Positions 23,354 to 31,330 are shown, counted from the stretch's first letter. The stretch: 32,000 nt of DNA from Candidatus Saccharimonadota bacterium (GCA_963677765.1 OY782392.1:810001-842000), one strand, 5' to 3'. A program made the numbers and translations. The notes: generated from the sequence alone by a model not told the origin.

Positions 23354-23382
23354 ATATTATATATGGTGCCATGGCAGAGTGG
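23354..23382 (+). repeat. second copy of the 29-bp repeat (genuine tRNA-Cys 5' end and upstream 11 nt)
   Basis: Identical to 23154-23182. Confidence 0.9.
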
Positions 23383-23438
23383 TCATGCAGAGGTCTGCAA
23401 CACCTTGTACAGCGGTTCAATTCCGCTTGGCACCTCCA
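23365..23438 (+). tRNA. tRNA-Cys (anticodon GCA), CCA encoded
   Basis: Manual cloverleaf: acceptor GGTGCCA/TGGCACC; D-arm GCAG..TGC; anticodon stem GAGGT/ACCTT with loop CTGCAAC; T-arm AGCGG-TTCAATT-CCGCT; discriminator T then CCA. Confidence 0.9.
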
Positions 23439-23440
23439 TA
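23427..23440 (+). repeat. attL-like direct repeat = 3' end of tRNA-Cys (TTGGCACCTCCATA)
   Basis: Exact 14-mer repeated at 30847-30860. Similarity continues imperfectly (ACAAAAC vs TCAAAAAC). Confidence 0.85.
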
Positions 23441-23629
23441 ACAAAACATTCGTTGAGACTTTTTACCCATCTAGATTTTAGGATAGCTAAAGGAAAAAAC
23501 GAATAATATAATGAATTTAAAAACAAAAAAAGTACGAGTTAAAACTTAGTTTTGCTTGTGCTTTTTTTATTGTATGATTGATTAAAATTTAATATAAATT
23601 TAATATTTTACTGAATATAAAGGGAAAAA

Positions 23630-23657
23630 TTGCTTTTTTTGTTTAAAAGATTATAGT
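23630..23657 (+). promoter_or_regulatory. candidate sigma70-type promoter for the SAVED/CD-NTase pair
   Basis: TTGCTT-N16-TATAGT, 33 nt upstream of the ATG at 23690. Confidence 0.3.
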
Positions 23658-23689
23658 GAAAGGTATATTTATATGATTATCTATGTGTT

Positions 23690-24571
23690 ATGCTTGAATT
23701 CCTTGAACAATTTTTTGATTTTCTAAAGGATGCTAAACTTTTACGGGGTTTAATTATTTGATTAATAACTTTTATATTAAATTATTATTTATTTAGAAAA
23801 GATACAGATATATGAATTATTAGTACATATTCTGGTAAATCCATTCCTACCAAAAATCATATTAATAATGCTATCCATAGTCTTATTTTTAGAAATAGAA
23901 AAGATTATATTATTATGGATCAAGATTTAAATTCTAAATGATATACTAACGATACTTTAGATACTTTTATTACTGAAAATACATCACAAATAAAAAAACT
24001 TAGTAACTCAAATAATGTATTATCATTATTTTTGTTTGCTCATATGCCTTTAATTGTTTATTTAGGTTTTAAAATATGAAAATCAAAGAAAGTTGAGTTA
24101 TATCATAAATTAAGAACAGAAGATAAAAATGAGTGGAAATGGAAAAATATTATATTTAAAAATATATATAAAAATAAGTGGGAATATATTATTAATAAAA
24201 ATTTAGATGATAGTAAAAAAGACGTAATATTAGATATTGATATTTCTTTTCCTATTCACTGAAAAGACTTAATAGATTATACGAATAAATCTTATTATAG
24301 AATAGAGTTGATATGAAAAGATAATGAATTAATTAGAAATTCTTTTTTAAGATATAAATATCAATTAACAGAATTTTATAATATTGTTGAAAAAGCATTT
24401 TATGAAATAGAAGAAAAATTATGAAGTAATTGTAATATACATTTATTCTTAACAACTCCTAATCCTTTCTCATTTATTATATGACAACAAATACATATTA
24501 ATTGACCAAAAGTGTTAGTTTATGATAAAAATAATGAGTGAAATTATGTTGTGATGAAAATTATAAATTAA
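23690..24571 (+). CDS. CBASS-type effector candidate: N-terminal single TM helix fused to SAVED-like (double CARF-like) sensor domain
   Basis: 293 aa, verified codon by codon (11 in-frame TGA, stop TAA 24569-24571). TM helix LLRGLIIGLITFILNYYLF. Two repeated nucleotide-sensor-like motifs, VLSLFLFAHMPLIVYLGFKIG and NIHLFLTTPNPFSFIIGQQIH, as in the two halves of SAVED. No recognisable enzymatic domain. Confidence 0.65.
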
Positions 24572-24583
24572 CAATAAAATATA

Positions 24584-25921
24584 ATGAAATTAATAAGTTA
24601 TTTTGATGATTTTTTGAAATCAGAAGTAAATTTAGATCAAACAAGATTAGATACCGCAAATAGTAGAATAGAAACTATTACAGGGTTTATTGAAAATGAA
24701 AATTTATTTAGTAGGATATTTAAAAAGTCTACTCCTCAAGGTTCTTTTAAACATCAAACAATTATAAAACCTGTAAATGTTGATGATGAGTTTGATGTAG
24801 ATTTATTAATAGAATTAAATGAAATTGTAGGTTGGGAACCTAAGCATTATATTAATAATTTATATAGTATATTTAATGATAGTGATAGATATAATGATAT
24901 TGTAGAAAAAAATACCAGGTGTATAACATTGAATTATAAATCTGATTTTCATATGGATTTAGTACCTTGTATAAAAAAAATAGATAATTATTATATATTT
25001 AATGAAGAAGAAAATAGTACTGAAATAACTGATTGATATTGATATGCTGATTGGTTTAAAGAAAAAAATGATTTAACAAATTGAAACTTAAAGAAAGTTG
25101 TAAGATTATTAAAATATTTAAGAGATTATCATAATTCATTTGATATTAAATCAATACTACTTACTACTTTAATAGCAAGAGAAGTAAATGAAAATGAAGA
25201 TTATCAGGATGTACCATCAACATTAAAAATATTAATTAATAGTCTATCAGGAAAATTATACAATATTATATATTTAGATGACTTAGATTTATCTAACCCT
25301 GTATTACCTGATGAACAATTTGATAGACATATAAATCAAGATATATATGAGAATTTTAGAAATGAAATATTAAAACTTAATATTTTAATAGATGAAGCTT
25401 ATAATGAAACAGATAAAAATGTAAGCATAGAGCTTTGGAAAAATATATTTTGAGAGAGTTTTTGAAAATCAAATAGTAAAAATAGTATTGTAAAGATAAT
25501 AGCAAATGAATGGATGTGAGAGAAACCAGTTTGGGAGAAAAAACTTATTGGTAGAGTAGTAGTAAATTGTAATTACTATACTAGAATAAGTAAATATAAT
25601 ACACAAAAAATAACTGTAAAAAATTTACATACTTTTGTTATATGACAAAAAGTAAAGTTTTCAGCTTCAGTTTACAATATATCTTGACCTTATGAGGTTA
25701 AATGGCAAGTAGTAAATACTTGAGATGAGGTTAGGTGAGATAAGGAAAAAATGAGATGAGATTTTTTTAATTGAAGAGATGAAAATCTTAATGATGTAAA
25801 AAACTCACTTACAAATTGGGAGAAAATCTGATATAAATGAATTCATTGGATAAAGTGTTATATAATAAAAAATAATTTTATTGTATGAGAAAGTGAAAGA
25901 TTTTATGTAATTGTAGATTAA
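24584..25921 (+). CDS. SMODS-family nucleotidyltransferase (CD-NTase-like cyclic oligonucleotide synthase) with ~150-aa beta-rich C-terminal extension (AGS-C-like sensor domain)
   Basis: 445 aa. Pol-beta NTase catalytic pattern GSFKHQTIIKP...DEFDVDLLIEL plus third acidic residue in FHMDLVPC. Downstream ...LKKVVRLLKYLRD is typical of CD-NTases. The C-terminal 300-445 is rich in short beta-like segments (VVVNCNYY, VKFSASVYN, YEVKWQVVN, HWIKCYIIK). Starts 12 nt after the SAVED gene stop. Confidence 0.75.
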
Positions 25922-25956
25922 CTAATTTTATTTAATTAGTATTTATTAAAGATATA

Positions 25957-25965
25957 TGATATAAT
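25957..25965 (+). promoter_or_regulatory. extended -10 element TGATATAAT
   Basis: Perfect TGnTATAAT 28 nt upstream of the ATG at 25993. Preceded by a weak A/T hairpin (25921-25940) after the CD-NTase stop. Confidence 0.4.
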
Positions 25966-25992
25966 CATAAATATATAAAATAATATTTTATT

Positions 25993-26919
25993 ATGGAATT
26001 AGAAATAAATAGGATTTCTCTATATTTAGCTTGAAAATTACCTCCATATTATAAACCATTTGATAAAATGGAATTTATGGAAGAATTAATGTGAATATTT
26101 TCTGATGAATTTTCAGAAAGTACTTTTAATTTTATACAAAATCAATCAAAAACAGACGAGCAGTTTTATTCTATGTCTTTAAATAAAGCTAAAAGAATTA
26201 ATAAAGCTAAATTAGTTTTATTTTTAGATAAAATTAATGTTAAAGATGATGCAAGAAGTATTATTCAAGATAGAAAAGAATCTGAAATAAATTGAAAAGA
26301 AGAATTACAATTAAAAATCAAAGAATTAACAAAACCAATAATAATCACAGAATGAAAAACAGATGTAAAAATCTTAAATATTGCTTGGAATAAACTATAC
26401 CCAGATTTAGAATGTCCTTTTAATATAATAGAGAATTGAATAGAAAAATGAAATGAATTACCAAAAAATGGGAGTGCAGAGTGACTTAAAAATCAATTAA
26501 ACTATAGTACTATATATTGAAAAGATAGGTTAATAATATGACTTTTTGATAATGATAAAGAATGAAATGAGCAATTTAAATGATTATATAAAGATTTATT
26601 TGAGAAATACGATTTATATAAAGATATAAGAAAACATAAAGATTATAATATTTATTGATTGTTATTGCAGGTACCTGAGTTTAGAAAAAATTATGTAAGT
26701 TCAGATGATATTAAGCAAAGGTATTTTCAAATTGAACATTATTTTTCTGATGAAATTCTTAATGAAAACAATATGAAAAAGAAGGAAATAATTAAGTGAA
26801 CTTGAATTTTTGAAATATGATGAAGTAAAGACTCTTTTTCAAAATCAGTAGAAAAATTAGAATTAAAAGAATTTGAGAATTTTAAAATATTATTTGAAAG
26901 AATATTAAAGTATATATAA
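25993..26919 (+). CDS. Toprim-domain protein, DUF4435/AriB-like C-terminal nuclease domain with unrecognised ~115-aa N-terminal domain
   Basis: 308 aa. Toprim Glu motif PIIITEGKTDVKIL (Gly is TGA). DxD motif IIGLFDNDKEG. Downstream QIEHYF resembles the ENYL motif of DUF4435 proteins. No partner ABC/AAA ATPase gene nearby. Confidence 0.6.
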
Positions 26920-26928
26920 AAAATAATA

Positions 26929-26958
26929 AAACTCTAGACTAAAAAATCTAGAGTTTTT
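26929..26958 (+). terminator. intrinsic terminator
   Basis: 9-bp stem aactctaga/tctagagtt, 8-nt loop, T-run. Confidence 0.7.
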
Positions 26959-26979
26959 CTTTTAAATGACCTTAAATTT

Positions 26980-27008
26980 AAGGGGGTAAAAAGTCTTAAT
27001 GCCCCCTT
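26980..27008. other. isolated G/C-run hairpin AAGGGGG-N15-CCCCCTT in a ~300-bp non-coding stretch
   Basis: 7-bp stem containing five consecutive G:C pairs, very unusual for this AT-rich DNA. Only three T follow, so it is a poor terminator. Confidence 0.5.
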
Positions 27009-27214
27009 TGATATATCCATTTTGAAAATTTAGAAATTTTACGAATTTTAAATAAGGGCTTTCCGCTAAGGTTAGCTTTTTTTAGTGTCTATAAAAAGTT
27101 CAATAATTAGTTTTTTAATGCCAACCGTCTTTTGTTCTTTATTTAGTGAGTTTTGGCTTTCATATAGGGAAGAATAGAGTTCAATAATTCTGTTTATTAT
27201 AAAAAAATATATTT

Positions 27215-27243
27215 TTGACAATATTTACTTTATATGTTTTAAT
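27215..27243 (+). promoter_or_regulatory. candidate sigma70-type promoter for the Mrr-HRDC gene
   Basis: Consensus -35 TTGACA, 17-nt spacer ending in TG, then TTTAAT. 35 nt upstream of the ATG at 27278. Confidence 0.45.
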
Positions 27244-27277
27244 ATATTAAATATATTAAAACTTTATTTAATACATA

Positions 27278-28177
27278 ATGAAAATAAATAAACTAGACTT
27301 AGCTAAAGTTATAAGTGACTTTATGTTTTTAAATGAGGAAAATCCTGAAGAAAAAGCTAAAGTTGTTTTTAAAGTCAAACATAAGCTAACTGCACATTGA
27401 TTTGAAAAATATATGCAATACTATTTTGAAAAAATAAAAGGCTATAAAGTAACTCTTAATTGAAGAACTTATGAGTTTGATTGAGGTATTGATTTAAAGT
27501 GAATAAAACAAGAAAATTGAGTTAATAAATACTTAGTGGTGCAATGTAAGAAATACTCAATTAAAGATATAACAGAGGAGAATATAAGAAGTTTTCAATG
27601 AGGTACAATACATAAATATGCTCAATATAAAGAAGATACAGAAACTTATTATATTACTACTTCAAAATTTACTGATAGAGCTGAAAAGTTTGCTAATGAA
27701 GTATGAATAAAAGCAATAGATTTTTTTCACATATATAAATTACAGAAAGTTTATTCTGTAGAAAAATTTGAAGAAGATTTGAAAAAAGAGGAATGAATAA
27801 GAGAATATAATAAATCTTTCGAAGAAGACCAAATGATTTTAGATCTTGATAATCAAGTATATGAAACAATTTGAGTTACAAATAATGAGGTATTTCAATT
27901 GTTAAAACAAGTAAGAAGAGATTATTCTCATCATAAACAATTAAGGTTATGAGATATTGCTAGAAATGATACTTTAGAATTATTATCTAGAAAAAGACCT
28001 CATAATTTACAAGCATTAAAAGAAACAATATCTCATTTATCTACAAGAGAGCAAAATAAATTAATAAAACACTGAACAATTTTTGTAGAAAGATTAAAAT
28101 ATATTGATAATGAAGAATGACATCAAGAACTAATAGAAAAATCATTTTTTAGTAAATTGGTAGAATTTATAAAATAA
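27278..28177 (+). CDS. Mrr-type restriction endonuclease (PD-(D/E)xK, Mrr_cat) fused to HRDC-like C-terminal domain
   Basis: 299 aa. FDGGIDLKG...YLVVQCKKY...ETYYITTSKFTDRAEKFA is the Mrr catalytic-domain pattern. The C-terminal VFQLLKQVRRDYSHHKQLRLGDIARNDTLELLSRKRPHNLQALKETI resembles HRDC helices. Confidence 0.7.
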
Positions 28178-28178
28178 A

Positions 28179-28208
28179 AAACCCTATGTGAATTTTTCAT
28201 AGGGTTTT
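28179..28208. terminator. bidirectional intrinsic terminator
   Basis: 10-bp perfect stem aaaccctatg/catagggttt, 9-nt loop, flanked by A-run and T-run. Confidence 0.7.
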
Positions 28209-28218
28209 ATTATTATTT

Positions 28219-28581
28219 TTATAAAAACTCTTTAATAAAAATAAATATTCAAAATATTATAAATAATGTTAATATAAAATAATAAATATAATCATAAGAT
28301 TTAGATTCAATTATTTCCTTATTTATTTTATTTGTATCTTTAATTTCAATATTATTTAATTCATTTATGTTACTAATATTATTTAGATTTATATTATAGC
28401 TTTCTTTGGGTAATAAAAATTTCCAAAATCTATATGTTATATAAATGATACTAACAGTAAAAAATATTATAAAAGCATAAATTATTAAGCTAAGACTTAT
28501 GGATGAAATAATTACATCTGTAAATTCATTTCAGTTATTTATTGGAGTATTAAATAAATTTTCAGAAATCGTTCTTATCAT
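28219..28581 (-). CDS. small 2-TM membrane protein
   Basis: 120 aa. ATG 28581-28579, stop TAA 28221-28219. Two hydrophobic helices separated by an N/K/I-rich linker. Extremely AT-rich, so coding status is less certain. Confidence 0.45.
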
Positions 28582-28607
28582 AATGTTTAAATTAATTATA
28601 AAAATTT

Positions 28608-29273
28608 TTATTTATTTTTAACATATTTTTCATTTATAATATTTCAATACTTTATTTTTTTTATATGATTTATATTTCATATTTTTTTATTATGAGATAT
28701 TATGTAACTAAAAAATATTATTGTTTTAGCTATATCTTGTCATGAATAAAAATGAAAATCGTTATTAATTATTATTTCTAAAACTTTTTTATATATGAAT
28801 CTATATGATCATCAATGCCTTAAAATATCAAGTATTATGTCATCATTGTTTTCAAAAAATAATATATAATAAATATTATTTTTTATTTTTTCATCAAAAA
28901 ACTTTTTATTATAATAATTACTTTCATTATTTTTATTACTATAAATGAAATTTTCTATATCTTTTAATGTATCTAATGCACTCTGTATTTTAATTGAATA
29001 ATAATTTTTCTTATACTTCCTATATATAAAATTAAGTTCAAAAAATATTATAATAGTAATATTAATAATAAATAATTCATATAAGTTTAAATTTATAAAC
29101 TGTTCTTTGAATATGAATAAAGATAAACTAAAAACTAAAAAATATATTAAAAATCTTTTTTTAAATTTTTTATTATTTTTTAAAATATTAATGTCTTTAT
29201 CTACTAAAGATACATCAATCATAATTCCTGATATAAAGAATAATAATATTAAACCTACCAAAAAGTCTCACAT
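28608..29273 (-). CDS. membrane protein (3 N-terminal TM helices plus ~130-aa soluble domain)
   Basis: Extends track ORF 28812-29261 through two TGA codons (..RHGGSYRF..) to TAA at 28610-28608. An ATG at 29273-29271 lies 4 codons upstream of the TTG used in the track. Confidence 0.5.
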
Positions 29274-29395
29274 ATTGTATTTAATAAAAAATAAACATAT
29301 TTTAATATTACTATATAATATAATAAATTCAATTTTAAGTTTGTAATTTGAAATTTATTTATAATAATATATATATTATTTTTTACTATTTTTTT

Positions 29396-29791
29396 ATGAA
29401 ACTTATAATAAATTTTATTAGATATATTTTATTTATAATATTTTCATTTTTAGCTTCTGAGTTAATATTTTATTTATTTACTTTACTTTTAGGATTTATA
29501 TCATCACTTTCAATTTTTTGGTTAATAATATTTTTTATTTTCCTTTTTTGAGCTGTTAGTTGAGTTTTATATTTATTTTCTTGATTATTAATATATTTAA
29601 TATGACTTATTTCACCTTCAAAAATTATATGATCTTACATATTTTCATTTATTATATTAATATATTTTTCTTTATATATGTATGATATAATTTTTATTAA
29701 TGAATGAATAATATTTAAAATATTTATTTCTTTATTATTTAGTTATTTTACTTTAATTCTTATTTTCTTTTCTTTTAATAATGAAAATTAA
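29396..29791 (+). CDS. small polytopic membrane protein
   Basis: 131 aa from the ATG at 29396. Continues past the TGA at 29552. Almost entirely F/I/L/Y. Overlaps the next gene by 11 nt. Confidence 0.45.
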
Positions 29792-30134
29792 TATAAATAA
29801 TAATAAAAAAATTATTATATTAAATTTAATAGCTATTATTTTACTAATAGGAACTTTATTTGATTTTCCATATTTTTATTATCAAATATTAAGATGGTAT
29901 ATATTTATAGCTTTTATATTCATAATCTATAATTTGTATTTAATAGATAAAATTAAATTTAACATATTAATATATATTTATTGATTTATTGCAATAATTT
30001 TCAATCCTATATCACCATTTTATTTTTGATGAGATATATGGTTTATTATAGATATAATTACAGTTTTTGTTATAGTTTTTAATATTTTTTACTACAATTA
30101 TATATCATCTAAAATATCTCTTAATATTCAATAA
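29781..30134 (+). CDS. small 4-TM membrane protein
   Basis: 117 aa. ...YYQILRWYIFIAFIF...IAIIFNPISPFYFGGDIWFIIDI... Continues through TGA codons to TAA 30132-30134. Confidence 0.55.
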
Positions 30135-30143
30135 TCTTTATTT
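30105..30143 (+). repeat. 39-bp direct repeat, copy 1 (3' end of the 29781-30134 gene plus 9 nt)
   Basis: TCATCTAAAATATCTCTTAATATTCAATAATCTTTATTT. Copy 2 at 30808-30846 differs at 2 positions. Confidence 0.85.
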
Positions 30144-30234
30144 CAATTATATTTATTTAAGTGTTATGGGTTAAACTTTTTCATGTTAGTTTATGTTATG
30201 TTTTAATAATGTAAAGTTTATGGTAAAAATTTTC

Positions 30235-30265
30235 AAAAAGACACGGAACTATCCGTGTCTTTTTT
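30235..30265. terminator. bidirectional intrinsic terminator (G/C-containing stem)
   Basis: agacacgga-acta-tccgtgtct with an A-run on the left and a T-run on the right. Confidence 0.7.
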
Positions 30266-30737
30266 ATATTCATTTTTTTATTCTTATTGAAAATATATCT
30301 CATTTAAAGTGTTTAATTCAATCATAGTCATGATTTATATTATAAAATGTTACTTCAATTATCATTCAATCTACTTTCCAAGAATAAGATTTTAATGAAT
30401 TATTTGTTCATTCTATATTCTCAGTTTTATAATATTCTCATAAGTCTTTTTTTATGTCTTCTAAACTAGATTTTATATTTATATTTCAATAAATATATCA
30501 ATTATAAAGCTCCCATTCTGAATTAACTCTAGAAGGAAAAAATATTCAATCTACTTTATTATATTTATTATATTCCAATCAAAATCACAAATTTTGATAA
30601 CTTCAATTTTTACTTTCTCATACCAAATCTACAACTGACTCTCTAGTATCATTAAGTTGAATTTTAAATCTATATTCATTATTAACACTGCAAGAATATA
30701 ATAGTAATAATATAGTTAATATAAATATTTTTTTCAT
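30264..30737 (-). CDS. hypothetical lipoprotein
   Basis: 157 aa. MKKIFILTILLLLYSCS lipobox. The soluble remainder has many TGA-encoded Gly. Stop TAA 30266-30264. Confidence 0.6.
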
Positions 30738-30807
30738 AATGATTTAATTAATTAATATTTTTTTTATAATACTTTTTAAAATATAAAAATCAATTTATAA
30801 TTCTACC

Positions 30808-30846
30808 TCATCTAAAATTTCTCTCAATATTCAATAATCTTTATTT
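30808..30846 (+). repeat. 39-bp direct repeat, copy 2 (orphan 3' gene fragment abutting the attR-like repeat)
   Basis: Encodes ..SSKISLNIQ* like copy 1 but has an in-frame TAA about 14 codons upstream. Ends 1 nt before TTGGCACCTCCATA. Confidence 0.85.
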
Positions 30847-30860
30847 TTGGCACCTCCATA
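30847..30860 (+). repeat. attR-like direct repeat (orphan copy of tRNA-Cys 3' end)
   Basis: TTGGCACCTCCATA is identical to 23427-23440. No T-arm or other tRNA sequence precedes it. Confidence 0.85.
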
Positions 30861-30870
30861 TCAAAAACAA

Positions 30871-30899
30871 AAAAACCGACTATTTTTAGTCGGTTTTTT
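30871..30899 (+). terminator. intrinsic terminator, probably the ancestral tRNA-Cys terminator
   Basis: Stem ccgacta/tagtcgg extended by A:T pairs, loop tttt, T-run. 10 nt after the attR-like repeat. Confidence 0.7.
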
Positions 30900-30958
30900 A
30901 CATTTATATAAAAATATTGTAAAATATATATGAAATTTATAAATTTTAAAAATTACAT

Positions 30959-31330
30959 ATGTGAATAGAATCTCAAGAAGCTAATTCTCTTACAGAAATA
31001 ACGAATAATATAAAGGAAAATCTAATATCTAGATGAACAATAGATATTGAAAAAATTGATTATTATATTAATTTTATATTAAAAGGTAAATTTAGTGAAT
31101 GAAAATTACAAAATTTATACGATAAAATAAGTAATAGTGATGATAAAAAAGTAAATGAAGTTATAGATTTTCTATATTTTATGGGTTATATGGAAAAAGA
31201 ACTAAATGACATAAAATCATCTCTTGATAAAGCTCCAGAAAAAATAAAAAAAGCTATTAGTGAACAAGCAGAAATGGAAAATAAAATTGAATTAGAAGAA
31301 TTTGAAAAATTTATGAATGATAATTTATAA
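30959..31330 (+). CDS. hypothetical alpha-helical protein
   Basis: 123 aa. Starts ATG-TGA (MGIES...). Charged and helical. No family recognised. Confidence 0.5.

Larger units (their letters stand above)
23441..30860. mobile_element. tRNA-Cys-associated genomic island (~7.4 kb), defence/membrane cargo, no integrase detected
   Basis: Bounded by the exact 14-bp direct repeat of the tRNA 3' end. Cargo is SAVED, SMODS, Toprim and Mrr genes plus small membrane proteins. A strong terminator immediately follows the right repeat, as expected for the original tRNA terminator. Confidence 0.7.

Noticed and set aside
23441-23689. Possible small gene or att-arm structure right after tRNA-Cys (7-bp inverted repeat CATTCGT/ACGAATA-like arms and a wobble-paired hairpin before a T-run near 23531-23575)
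   Set aside because: The only ORF has 12 codons. The inverted repeat is short, and chance occurrence cannot be excluded without comparative data. It is left unannotated.
26959-27277. Decayed integrase or recombinase gene in the non-coding gap of the island
   Set aside because: Six-frame translation with TGA=Gly gives only short fragments with no recombinase motifs (no R..HxxR..Y or serine-recombinase pattern). The claim cannot be supported.
29348-29395. TTG-initiated N-terminal extension of the 29396-29791 membrane gene, as drawn in the ORF track
   Set aside because: An in-frame ATG at 29396 gives a conventional start at the first TM helix. The upstream 16 codons are low-complexity promoter-like A/T sequence.
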